DNA from: Mayamaea pseudoterrestris
Lineage: Eukaryota
Assembly (NCBI GenBank): GCA_027923505.1
Contig: BROI01000026.1
Span: forward strand, 310,001 to 374,000
Length of the DNA stretch: 64,000 nt
Reading direction: 5' to 3'
A program made the translations under genes and the position numbers. Shown piece after piece: positions 22,123 through 34,583 of this stretch (positions are counted from its first letter, which is position 1; each line of letters starts with the position of its first letter). The notes below the pieces were generated by a model that was not told the DNA's origin, made no database searches, and saw only the letters and a list, made by a program, of their open reading frames with translations.

Positions 22123-25100
22123 CTATGCCGTGACACCGTCTTCGAGATCCGGCGCAATTTCCTGACTCTCCATGCCCCATTCTGTGTCACTAATTTTGCG
22201 CATCGCACTTAAAATTGCTTCGCTACTCTCTATGCGCTCTTGCTCGCAAACCAAAGACAGTAAGCTGACCATGAATTGTGTACTTTCGTTGCAATTTGGC
22301 TCGGACTGTTCGTCAAGTTTATTAACGAGATACTTTGCAAGCTCGACGCAGGCTTGCCGACAGGATAAGATCGCAACAACGGCTGTTTTAATGCTTCCTG
22401 TTTTGAAAGAGCAGAGCTCATTAACAGATACATGTCGCTGCTGGGAGCCATTCATATCACGGCGCGAAACTACCTCGAGAGCCGCCTCGACAACAACTTC
22501 CACCGTTGATGCTGTTGTCGAGGCCCTCCGCGGCGACAATAACATACACACTAACTCATGCAGGGAATGATCGGACTCTGACAGATTGTCATCGCTACAT
22601 TCAAGCAATAGACTCTTCAAGAGCATGTTGTTCTGTGCAGTGTTCGTTAGTTGTACGGCCAATCGACTGAACGCGGGAAGCAATGCCGTCTGTGCTTCAA
22701 TTCCGCCTCGTTCAATGCAAAATATCTTGGTCCAACAAACAGCTGCTTCAGTAATTTCTACTCCCCCGGCACATCCGACAGCTAACCATTCAGAGAATAT
22801 GATGCAGGATGCTTGTAGCATCGAAACTGCAAAGGCCCGTGCTACAGCAACGGCAGATTCTTTGTCACGAGTGCTGGCCAATGACGTGCTCGCTGACGAA
22901 TCCGCGCCTTCCTTGCTTGGAGTCATGTTTCGGTTGGTGCGTCGTCTTGGCGGGCCAGTTGCAATCGGTGACATCGGAGAGCTTGGCGGTTTGGCAGAAG
23001 AAAGAGTGTTGAAACCAATATCATCCGTTGAGAGCGAAAATGCTGGGACCACTCGTTTTGTTGTCCAATCTAACAGTTGATGTGCATCATCGTTGAAGCT
23101 TTTACCACCGCCGTATAATGCTTCCTTGTGTAGAGCAAACCGCCCAAACATTTCACAAGCCAGCAAAATGATTTTCAGCTCCGCCTCGTTTATTGTGCCC
23201 GACTAAGGACGAGAAAAAATTTGTGAGCCATCACTTTGGTTGAACGCCAAGCAACTTGAGCTAGACAAACGTACAGTTGTTCCCGTTAGTACAAGTTCAG
23301 CATATCTGATGGCTCGTTGTAAGGCCCTCTGAATTGCGGCTGAAGCTACGACGCTTTCTAGAAGCGACTTTCGCGCCGTGATGCTACTCGGATTCGATCC
23401 CCTAAATATATCTCCAAGCACAGAGAGCGCAAGTAGGGGAGGGAGTTCCGGGAAAAGACTAGACTTGCCTGCATTCTTATTGGTCCTTTCACCTGCTCGG
23501 CGTTTCCGTGAGTGCATGGGAGATGTCTCGTAATGTAGACAATGATCTTGCTCGAACTCCGATTCAATAGAAGCGGCAAGCGATATCCCAACTTGCTCGG
23601 TCATATTCCACAAACACAATAAAGCAATAGAAGCCGTAGCTTGCTGCGATGTCCATTTTGATGCGTTGACCGTGGAAAATGTTTTGAGTTTCTTCGCGAT
23701 ATGTGACACCAGACCACGAATAGCTTTCTGTGGCAAGCGCCCTGCAATGCGAAGAATTGCCGCACACACTCGGTGACAATCTTCTTGCGTTTGCAAAGCT
23801 TCGCTTTCACTTTGCACAACTGTGACGTGAGCTTTTTTCTCAAAATGGGCGAGGATCACCATGAGCGGATCGCCAGAAAACTTCTCAACGAGAAGGTCGT
23901 GGAGGACCTCATTGTCTTTTTGGCTCAGTGCTTTCTCAATCGATTGCCATAAAGTGTCAATTGTTTCAGTCAACGAAGCCATAAGTTGCGTATCTACTGC
24001 GGATGGGAGGGGCACGTCTTTGCGCTTCCCGCCGCTAACACTGTCATCCTCTTGTCCATCTCTGTGACCAGGTTGCTCGTCAAACTGATGCGCTGTTTTA
24101 AACCGACGACGCTTTTGGTCCTTGGGACCATCGCTATCGCCTGTTTTGGCCTTTAACTCAGTCCAGACTCCATGGTTGAGAAGCTTAAATAGTTTGCATA
24201 TAAAGCCGACAACTGAATTGGTCGTCATGTGCTGTGCAATATTGCTGAAAAATACTCGTGCTGCCGATGGATGAGTCGACAAGAAGCATATAATCGTTTC
24301 GCTTTGCGTCGTTCCAGAGGCATCGACCCCTTGGGGGAGAAAAGTATCCGCCATAAGACCGGCCAAAGCAATCGCTACCGGACCGTGCGAATTGTGTTGT
24401 CCCTCCTGCTTCAGCTGGCCCACAAGATTTGCTTCCGGCACAACATGATAATAGCTGATCCCCGGAATTTCCGTTTTTATGAGATTAAGCATCTTGACAA
24501 CTGCCAGGCGAACCTTTTCAACCTTGTCGTGAATGAGATTGCCAACATGAGGAAGTATTGGCCGAAGTACCCCGATAGTCCGTGGGAATCGGAGCAGCTC
24601 ACTGACTGTTTGGACGGCACGGGCGCGCACTTCATACGAACTTGCATCCGACACATGGTTAGTAACTACATCTGCATGATAACAAATTGGTAAGGAAATG
24701 GTTTTGAATTCCGATACAGAAGGGCGTCAACTTGCATGCACTTACAGTTCAAAATACTGTGCATTGTTTCCGTTGGCAAAACGGTCCAATAAACTCCCAG
24801 CACGGCCGCCGACGCTTCCGACGCTGCCATGCGTACACTCGGATGCGAATCTTGCAGCAACAATAGCAAGGCCTTGCAGGCATCCCGAATACTTTGCTCG
24901 GTGCGGCAGTGAGAGCCATCCTGCAAGGGAAAGACTTGGGCCAGCACTTTGGTTCCGTGCAAGCGTACTTGGGAGTTGCGTTCTTCCAGAGATCGCCAGA
25001 GAAGAGGTCCGTAGAGACGATGGAGCAAGTCTTCGACGGCTACGCTCTTCTTTTGCTGTTGATGAAAGGGTATCATAAAGGACAAAAGGTTTGCATGAAG

Positions 25101-26093
25101 TGTAGGGTTCTTCGCGTGCAGCATGCAAAGTATGTACTGTCCAATCAAGTCTTGAATCTCTTCTCGTGCGCATTCGTCGTCATCGGCCAAACCCTTCCAT
25201 GCTAGCAAGTACACTTCTCCGTAAACCTTGACGATAATCGACTTTTGTTGCCGAATCTGCGATCGAATGGCCAAGTGCATGTGCTTTCGCAGATCAGCGT
25301 CGCATTGCAACATGTAAGCCAGCAACTTGATTCCCTCTGTTGTCTTCAAGCAAAGAGGAGACTTGGCCAATGACTGCAGCAATCTACAAAGCTCTCCGCA
25401 GGAATTATCTGCAAAGTCGACCACTTGAAGTGCCTCTCGCATGGCATACAAGCGCTTGACGTCCTTGGCGACGATTGCTTCCTGCGCATGACCAGCGGCT
25501 AGAGCGGCTAGATGAGGGAGGGCCTGCAGTATCAAATGATCGCGATTTGGAACGCCTGCTAGCCAGAGCACTTCGCACATGGAAACAATAGTAGCTTGTG
25601 TTTCCTCGCAGAAATTGAGTTCAAAAATCGCGTCATGAAGGTTGCGAGCGACGGCAAACGTTTCGTCGATCAAATTTAACTTGCTGCTAGTTCTGGAAGC
25701 TAGTAGCCCCGATACGTAGGCTTTGATTGACATGGCGGCATAGTGCAGTGTGTTTGGAGTGTCTGGATTCGTTACAAATGTTTCGCTTTCGAGTAACGCA
25801 TCGACAATGAGGTGCAATCCAGCAAAAAACCGTCGAGCCGATGCCTTATTGAACGACTGAATAGTTTTATATAAAAGTTGCCGCTGTGCGCGAATAGTAC
25901 CAGAACGTATCAAGGTACATGAGGGCTTGCTGACAAAAAGGTTGATGAATGGTCGAGGCGAATGCAAGTCTTCATCAGCATCGTTCGCGGTTGTGCCTTC
26001 GACGGCTTCAAGAAGAGCCTTGCGTGCGAGCGATGCGTCACGTGAGGATTCTTCCTCGACTGCAGTTTCTGCTGTATCAATTTGCTTCTTCAT
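22123..26093 (-). CDS. NCAPG2: Condensin II complex subunit G2 (HEAT); introns 24672-24745 and 23203-23274
   Basis: EDLLHRLYGPLLWRSL...VRLHGTKVLAQVFPL, LLQDSHPSVR, DASSYEVRARAV and LIHDKVEKVRLAVVKML match the CAP-G2 pattern; two GT-AG introns join three ORFs in frame; ATG at 26093 inferred. Confidence 0.82.
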
Positions 26094-26309
26094 TGCTTTC
26101 GAGTCAATAAAATGCCGCTCGTCGAAAGGATGTGGCCATGATGTATGCCATGGTTGACGTGAATCGGTCTCTGTCAATCCGTTGGAAACCGGCCTGGCGT
26201 GCAGTCGGGTCACGAATGTGAGTACCGGTAGGCCTTTCCGGTAATGGAGATCGCGATCCTGCTTGGCAACTTCAACCACGAGATGAACAACTTCATGCTT
26301 TGACAACCA

Positions 26310-26924
26310 ATGTTGCGTTACTCCGGCATGGTCACCATGAGATCTCTAATTGCAACTGCATGCTGCTGTTTTTCAGTAACATCAGCTCTGATTCCAAACG
26401 TACCTGAATTAACGCAGCGAACAAGCCAGCAAATAGCATCACGGCGCGCATTTGTGTCGGCATCCATTCTTGGCATCTCCCTGGCCCCGAGCGTGACATC
26501 AACGCCTTCGTCAGCTACAGCAGCCACATCCGATGCTTCCATACCCATGCTCACCACCGACGAGTTCATGTTGGTACTTCGTGACTCGTCTAGATCAATT
26601 GCTCAGGTTGAAATATTTAACGGCGCTCGCGTTGTTGTGCGCTTACTTGACGGTACCGCCTTTGGAATAAACGACGTTGTGGAAAGCAGCACGGATCCAC
26701 GATCGGTGCTCAAGATTGCTGCACTATGTCGCGAATACAAAGTGCCCTGCAAGTTTGTTGATATTCAAGCAGCATTGCTCAATACTTCCACCACCAAGCG
26801 AAAGAATTATGCCAACAGTCGAGTACAGGAAGCAAATGTGCGAGAAAAGGAACGACTAGAGCGTATGCAAAAGGATGAAGATGAGAGATTACTAGAATTA
26901 CAGCAGATGCAGAAGAATTATTAG
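26310..26924 (+). CDS. Hypothetical plastid protein, likely thylakoid lumen (Tat)
   Basis: Signal peptide ending VTSA-L, then twin-arginine SRRAFV, a hydrophobic stretch and an AxA site (SATAA); C-terminal coiled coil. Confidence 0.55.
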   Translation: MLRYSGMVTMRSLIATACCCFSVTSALIPNVPELTQRTSQQIASRRAFVSASILGISLAPSVTSTPSSATAATSDASIPMLTTDEFMLVLRDSSRSIAQVEIFNGARVVVRLLDGTAFGINDVVESSTDPRSVLKIAALCREYKVPCKFVDIQAALLNTSTTKRKNYANSRVQEANVREKERLERMQKDEDERLLELQQMQKNY

Positions 26925-27497
26925 GACAACCGGACATGATACAGCATGGCAAGGACATAATGTTCATTCGACAGGACAAAAGACGCAAGCCATTGACTTT
27001 GGCAACTAACTTATGCAGATCAGCCTTTGCTTGGACTTGTTCGGTTCAAAAGTTATGTAATTAGCACCGGTGACTACCTGATTTATTTAGTAATGTTAAG
27101 CCTTCGTCCCAGCGTGCAAGTTCCTGCTTTTCATCTCCGGTACTACCCTTAACCTGCAAATGCTCTCGCGCTTGCCTGTAGTGATCCAGTCGATATGATT
27201 ATATCGTAATTTGGCAATAGATTATTAATTAGTCCGGTAGTTTGATCAGTATGATAAGGAAATGTGAGCGTGACTGACGTCGCACCGTGATACGTTGTTT
27301 TCGATGCAATCCTGTCGCTGCGCAGGTCAATTGCCATTCGTGCGCATGATAAGGTTTGCCTGCATGCCCAACGACACCGAGTCTTATAGAGTCGACAAAA
27401 GCATTGACTGGAAAGCTCACAACACACCAAGGTTCCGTTAACAACATCAGGGAACGAAGAAAGCGATTTGTAGCTGTAATAGCCAAGTATCAGGAAC

Positions 27498-28747
27498 ATG
27501 ATAACATTCTTTCCTTGCGCAATCGCCTTGTTGCTCGTGTGGGTGGTCAGCGCAGTCGTCGAGTCGGTACACATACGACCGATAATTCAAGATGCGCTTC
27601 CAGTGGAATGGGCTTTTGAGCGCAATTATGCTTATATATTGAGAGCGAGAGGTGGAAGTAATTTGACATTTGATGCGAGCGTTGCGACGATTGATGCATC
27701 ATCCGAAACGAATACGAATTCTGCGGAGCAAACAACGATAGCGACGAATGAAGCCAGTAGCCCGATCTCGAAAGGAGACATAGTGCGATCCGACAAGTCC
27801 AAAGGGATTTTTTCACTTTACCAAGTCGGTGACGGATCAGAAGACGATCCTGATGGCATTTTGGATCGATATTTACGCATGCAGCTTGGTCATCGCGACG
27901 ATGCCATGCAAGCCATCCAAGCAACTCTAGCTTGGCGAAAGGAACACGACATCGATCACTTGCTTCTCCGTCCGCAGCCAAAGTTTGATGTTTGCAAGGC
28001 TGTCTTTCCTCATTGCTTTATCGGACGCGACAAGTTCAACCACGTTATCCTTTTGCAGCGGCCAGCTTTGATTGATATACCAAAAGCCAAGGCCAACTCA
28101 TTGACGAATGACGAACTGCTCATGCATTATGTCTTCGTGAATGAGTACTTGTGGCAGATTGTCGAGTCGGAGCAAGCGTTGGGCACCATGACGAGTGTAC
28201 TTGATTTGCGTGGATTAAACTTTGGTGTGCTAAAAAAGACTGACTTGATTGGCTTTTGCAAAACATTTATATCAACCATGGATGCTCACTATCCCCAGCG
28301 CGCCTACAAGACTCTCATTATCAATGCTCCGAAATGGTTCAACGCCTTGTACAAGCTTTTTAGTCCGCTGCTACGAGAATCGACCAAGGCAAAGATTCAA
28401 ATATATCCACGTGGCAAGAAACAAGACGCTGCTTTGATGGAGCTTTTAGACAATGCCAAAGATGTGTTCCCTTCGAGTGTTTGGAGCAGTCACAAGGAAT
28501 CAAAAAAGAGGAAGCGCCACAAGCGTGGAGACGATGGCGATGACGAAGAAGTGGACGCGTCTTCTGACAACGCTTGGAAGTGTGATTCGGGAATGGAGAA
28601 AGATCTTCGAGCATATGTACGTATAGTAGACATCCGCGTCGTATATTTGTATAAGTCGTTCTCGGTGGTCTCACTGGTGTGCTTTCTTTTCGTCAGGTCC
28701 TCTCTCGTCTCGAAGTTGCCGGGGAGAAAATGGGGGATGTCAAGTAG
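27498..28747 (+). CDS. CRAL-TRIO (Sec14-like) lipid-binding protein with signal peptide; intron 28617-28696
   Basis: ILDRYLR..ATLAWRKEHDID, SVLDLRGL, HYPQRAYKTLIINAPKWFNALYKLFSPLLRESTKAKI; the intron gives the C-terminus ...LRAYVLSRLEVAGEKMGDVK. Confidence 0.85.
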
Positions 28748-29456
28748 TTAGCAAGGTAGCGGTCATGACATATTACATGTACTACCGGTGCGCGATCGGA
28801 GTTTGGAACTCGTCTGTCGTATACGAGTTGTGGTCTTTGACGATGGTATACCTGCAACAAACTGATGAACTTTTGCTTTGATTTGCGAAAGCACCACTTC
28901 AGAACAAACTGTTGATGCGAGTATTGCGAAAGCGAGAAAAAAGTAGTCCATCAATCAATCGCAATTGCGTATTACTATGACAAACAACTACATCATACAC
29001 ATGCACCTACCGGTAGAGTAGACCAGTATACTTGCTTGTGAGCTGTCCTGCATCTGAAGTGTGCGTGCCCCATAACTTGGTGAGTAATGCCAAGGCTACG
29101 CAGTTCGTGCAAGGTTTTGGTGTCCCATTAGAAGCACTGATAGAAGCTAGTGAACAAGCTAAGTGCACTTCCAGCATCATAATATGCAACAAGACAAGGG
29201 AGCAACAGTATGCTAGTACCAAAGTACAATGATATTATCCACGTATAGAATGACTGGAATCGCAAAGTGACTGGCATTCATCGACTCCATTGGCTCACGG
29301 CGCGCCATGCGTGACGGTGACGTCGCTCGCGCCTCCCTCCAATGAAGAACTTCGGTTTCTCAAAGGTGCGCCATCACCGATCACCTTGCTTCAAGAAACT
29401 GATATAGAATCGAATCGCTTAGCTGCGTATCCTTGGCGAGTAGCTCTTCTTGAAGT

Positions 29457-30593
29457 ATGTTGCTTTTGACGGCCATTGATGAGTCAATAACTAAGCAGTT
29501 CCTTGGGGTGGGAAGCAAGGGTTTTGTCAAAGCGTCGAAGTCCTTCATGAAACCGAACTATGCGACACCCCCATCAAGTCCTGTGTCGGTTCTTCCTAGC
29601 TGCGTCCCAGGATACTCGCAAATGGAGCAAAAGCGAAGTGGGGTGACATGGAGCGACGAATTCGGAGAATCTCTGGTAGAATTGCGGACCATCCCTCGTC
29701 GAGAAAGGAGCCGATCGTCTGACGCCAAGAAACTTATCATTCTCTTGCTTTCGCCATCGCATCGCAAATACGAGTTCATTTGCTGCGAGTACCAGGTATC
29801 AAATTCCAAGGATGTCAATGACAATGCGAAAATTACAGTCAAGGACGTGTTGGAGCAACTGCCTGCCATGGCATCGCATGACCTCCTACGGCGACAAAGA
29901 TACATTGCTCTATGTAGACGTGACAATACGGAACTTATTAACGCTTTGTCTATGCAAAGTTACGGTTTGAACAGCTTTGAAATGCTATGGGCGGTTCCAA
30001 AGCATCACAAGTCGAAACAGCTTGCGCCTATGGTTTTACGCGTCTTATCCAACAAGGGATTGTTGAAGGCGCTGCGATACTCGCCTGCTCATTGGGAGGT
30101 GCACAAACTGAGAGTGCCACCTGCAAAGAAACAAGCGTCTGACATATTTGATATGTTGAATATCAAGCGCATTCCGAACGATGGTGACGGTGGCATGACT
30201 TGTCCAACGTCAGACAACAACGACGACGACGACGACGACGACGACAATATCAACAACAGCAAAAACAGCGGCATAGACGAAGGGTGGACAAAGGAAACAT
30301 ATCTACTGCGCGCTTCGCCGTCGCCGAAGCCAGAAAGCTTCTGCGTGTTGCCATCATTCATGTCTTTTTTGCACCGAAAGACATTTTCAGTAACTGGGCA
30401 CACGTTGTTTTGGAAAAGCTGGGTGGCAAAGACGCGCACCAACATGTCATGGGAACGCGAAAACCTATTGGTGACACTCTTTACTAAGACGGAATTCTTG
30501 CAGCGCAAGAGTCTACTTGATCGCAAGAGTAAATCGCAACGAGAATCTGGTCGACACTCGGATAAGTTTCTCGAGGAACGGTTTTTCATTTGA
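29457..30593 (+). CDS. Hypothetical protein
   Basis: 378-aa ORF with a globular-looking middle (IILLLSPSHRKYEF...TVKDVLEQLP) and an acidic poly-D tract; family not recognised with certainty. Confidence 0.55.
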   Translation: MLLLTAIDESITKQFLGVGSKGFVKASKSFMKPNYATPPSSPVSVLPSCVPGYSQMEQKRSGVTWSDEFGESLVELRTIPRRERSRSSDAKKLIILLLSPSHRKYEFICCEYQVSNSKDVNDNAKITVKDVLEQLPAMASHDLLRRQRYIALCRRDNTELINALSMQSYGLNSFEMLWAVPKHHKSKQLAPMVLRVLSNKGLLKALRYSPAHWEVHKLRVPPAKKQASDIFDMLNIKRIPNDGDGGMTCPTSDNNDDDDDDDDNINNSKNSGIDEGWTKETYLLRASPSPKPESFCVLPSFMSFLHRKTFSVTGHTLFWKSWVAKTRTNMSWERENLLVTLFTKTEFLQRKSLLDRKSKSQRESGRHSDKFLEERFFI

Positions 30594-30930
30594 TGTGGAT
30601 GATGATGCTAGATGGGTTTTCAATTCGCTATCACGTTTAGTCCGTGCCTAGCTTGTTGCTGCGAGAAATACAAGCTGCTCGGCAATAAAAGTCAACGCCA
30701 CTACTCGTGCTCTTACCCAATCTCTGTTTTGAGCTAGGAAGTTGCGACGTAAATCAGGATTTCCTTTGCTCGAACATGCATGAAATTATACAGGCCGCGG
30801 CGTAGGACGAAACGACATTACTTTTGATATGCTAACGAAATTGATAATTAAAAAAAATTCTGCGTTCTGCGCAGCGGCAGAGTATAGAATGCAAGCGGTC
30901 TATTACGACATTCTCAAAGCAGCGACAATG

Positions 30931-33530
30931 TCATATCCAATCCCATAGGCCTTCGTAAACAAACTCCAGGCTCACCAAGGTCAGCTTGACAGCATCCATT
31001 TGCAGCCAATCATGCTCTAAAGCTCGTCTTGCCGATGGACGGTCAACTGGATCTGGTTGTAGCAACAGTTCGACAAAGGCCCTTGCCTCTCGTGATGGCG
31101 CGTCAAAGCTAAACGGGTATTCAATATACACACTTCTACGCTTAACTTCGACGTCGTCCTTTGATCCGTGGAATGGATCAATCCCGCAGAGGAGGAAATA
31201 CGTGACAATCCCAAGGCTCCATAAGTCCACCTTCTCGTCGTAGGAAAAGTCAGAGTAGACTTCCGGTGCCGTCGACCGGTAAGGTGTTCCACAGTACCCG
31301 GTGAGCGAACGTTCGCCTGGGACGGAGTTGGTTGTGAACGGTGTGTTGCGTAAAATCACACGCTCCGTCCCGTCGTCAAGTTTCTGCACGAACAAGTTGG
31401 TCATGGTGATGCATCGATGCACAACGTTGGACTCGTGGAGGCCTGCGACACACTCGAAGATCATGCGGCAGTACCGACGCGCCGCCGCCTCCGTGTAATC
31501 GGACGCAGTCAATGTCTCGGTAATGTGATTCAACAGTGGTTTCGATGCGCGTGGAAAGTCTGAGCCGACATGCAGAACTGATGGCTCCCAAAAGGTCAGC
31601 CCAGCAACAGCGGGAAACGCAACTGGAGGTGACCACGCTCGTCCCAGCGTTGAAGATCCAGAGAAGCTGACCTGTCGTCTTGTGCTTTCGCTGACAGAGC
31701 TTGTTTGGTTGTCGCTGTAATCGCTCTCGCGCCTGGAGCTGTCACTTATTGGAAGAAGGCGATCATGATCGTAGCCCGGGGCTTGGGGAGTAGTATTGTC
31801 GGGAGAGTCTGATCGCATGCGACCTGAACGCATGCTATCGTCTTGTGTCGAGTATCGTACCCGACTAGACTCCAAAGACACACCAAGCGAGCTAATTCCA
31901 GATTGCAGAAAGTTACGCCGACTCTCGCTTGATTCCGAGTCGTCATCTGAGCTGTCGTTACTCAGAAATGGAAAAAGGTATGAGCAGCAATTGGGTCTTG
32001 CTGATTGGGAAAAATTGTTTGACACTCTTGGTGGTAATCTGGCCGCAATGACTGGAGGTTGAACCGGTGGGCCTTCGCTCACAACCGTCACGTCCTGGTC
32101 GTCTACTCGACCAGCCACTGAAGGCACTATACCATCACCATCATTCGTTGCAGACATTGGTCCAGCGGCTATTCTTTCTGCTGCGGTAGAAATACCAGTA
32201 ACATCGACTTCCGCATCGGACTCATCGTTGTTTGCATAATTTCGCGGCAGCGAATTACTCGTAATACTCTGCGACTCCGAATGGTTTGGCAATAAGCGTG
32301 ATGAACTGTTCGCTTGTGCATCACTAGCCTGGGAGCTACCACTCCGTAGCGACATCTCTCGTTCCAATTTTCTTTCCTCCCGTATCGACCTAGCAATAGC
32401 TCTCGCGTTTTCAGTCAGATCAGGCGTGTCACCGTGCTCATCATGCTGCATCCAATCATGATTTAAAGCTTCCGCCACGGATAATCTGTACTCCGCCCGT
32501 GTCAAAAGCCTCTTCACTAGATGCTTGGCTTTTTTGCTGACACGATTCCAGCTGTCCACGTTTTGTCGATATTCGCAGCGAATCGTTTTGGCCTCAATTT
32601 GGGATTTAGGATAGGATGAAAATGGCTGATAGCCAGCCAGCAGAAAAAACAGTATCACACCAGCCGAAAACATGTCGCTCAGCTCGTTGTATTCTTGTCG
32701 TAGGAACATCTCTGTTAGCAGAATGAGAGTGAGAAGAGAATGTAAATTATCAAGAGCATCGCATTGACATAGCACCGCCAATGGCCACAAAACCTACCTG
32801 GACATCGGTAGCCTGGTGTACCAGTGCATGTTCTAGTTTTGTCCTCATCCTCCCGAAGCATCTTTGACTGTCCAAAGTCGGCTAGCTTTAACGATGTCGG
32901 CTCGCCGCGTATCTGAAGCAATAAATTAGACGGCTTTAAATCACGGTGCAGCACACGCTTCGATTGCATAAATAAAAGGGCACGCAAAAGGATCCGAAAA
33001 ATTTCTCTTACGTCCTGCTCCGAAAACGGTTGACCGTCACGGTTTCTGTCAGCGATGCAATGAAAAAGCTCTCCTCCTTGTAAGAATTCTGTGACAATGT
33101 ACAAGATATTCGCAGCGTTTGCTTGATCGGCTTGTACAAAGTACTCGTGTAAATGAATGATATGCGGCGAGTCACGAAACTCTTTTAGAATAGCGATCTC
33201 GGTCACTTGTTCTTCAACTCCCATGATAAGTCGTTTTTTAGTAGCTAGCTCATTCTGGTCTTGATCCGCATCAAAGTCTGCATGTCGAATCTGTAAACGC
33301 AAGCGTTTCACGGCGACTGGCATTTCATGCACGAAAAGGTGGCAACACTGGTAGACTGTACCAAAGCCTCCACCAGCCAAGGGTTCTGCTTCAAAGTCTA
33401 CATGATATACGTCTTCTATTGAGAAACCTCTGCTAGTGTTCGTTTGCACTCGAAAATTCTCATCAAATGGTAAAACGATCGGACTTTCATCATCTTGCGA
33501 GGACATGCCTTGCTGACATCTGTTTTCCAT
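30931..33530 (-). CDS. CAMK-like Ser/Thr kinase with a second, degenerate kinase C-lobe; intron 32712-32797
   Basis: Domain 1: GGGFGTV, VAVK, HRDLKPSN, DFG, spliced GTPGYRCPEM, DMFSAG. Domain 2: VVHRC, GTPYRSTAPE, DLWSLG, RPSARRALEHDW. Confidence 0.85.
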
Positions 33531-34583
33531 CGAACAAGACCAACGGCGCCTACCGGTATAGTTTCACCGAGACCGTTCTAAGCCAGACTTTAAACTGTCC
33601 GTTCATTTATACGGTAAGGGCGAAGCTTCTCTTGCTGCCGATTGCAGTTTCGCCGAGTTGAGTCCATGGAGCATCACAAGTTGTTGATACGTACTTGCAA
33701 TGTTAATCGTGTTTCTGTTGCTGTGACCGTATGGTGAACCGAGTTCTCACTATCTGGCTGATAGTAAATGCCACGTACGTTGGACAAATTCGTGGAACGT
33801 ATCGTGTGAAACATTTTCCAGAGCAGCATGCTCTTCTCTGTGTATGATACTTGTATGGTGCTTGCAACGGGAAGCAAAGCTAAGGCAGTCCTTTACTGTC
33901 CGTGGTATGCTCAAGGTCCAGCTGAGTCTAACAAATCAAATTACTAAGATGTCCACGGGTAGTCCGGTAGTTTTGTACTGGCAAGACGACAACAAGCCTT
34001 CCAATTTGTCATATTAAACATCCAACATTTGTTCCGCGATTCTAGTAGACAACATCAGTAGTGAAAGTAAGGGCAGTAAAGTGAAAACAATTTGGAAGTA
34101 TCAGAGCTTAAATCTGAGCTGTGGTGCATTGCTAGAAATTGCGTAATCCACTCGATGCACATCTCACCTGCACTAGCATGTACGTATCATGCTGGCGATA
34201 TGGACACCGCCACTCCATCTGTTCCTTCAGCACGTACATCGTCTCATTGGATTCTACCACTTCTCCGCCCGCGAATGTGTTATAATAGCGTCTGCAAGAA
34301 ATTTATCTTGATAGATAATGAATTGGCATCACGAGTCGCAGTGGTCATGCAGCTTATCGGATCGGTACTCACACACCACGAGCCATTGCTCTTCGTACCA
34401 TTCTTCACAATCAAGTCTGTGGATTGAATTATAGTACAAAGAATACAAGAAGCATCATCTTGCATGCCACTGCTTGACGCGTATTGAGCTCAGTATATTG
34501 CAAAACACAGATCCCATATAGCGACTCTTATCATATATGAAGTCATAGGACGATTTTTGCACCTCATTGAATAGCGACATATA

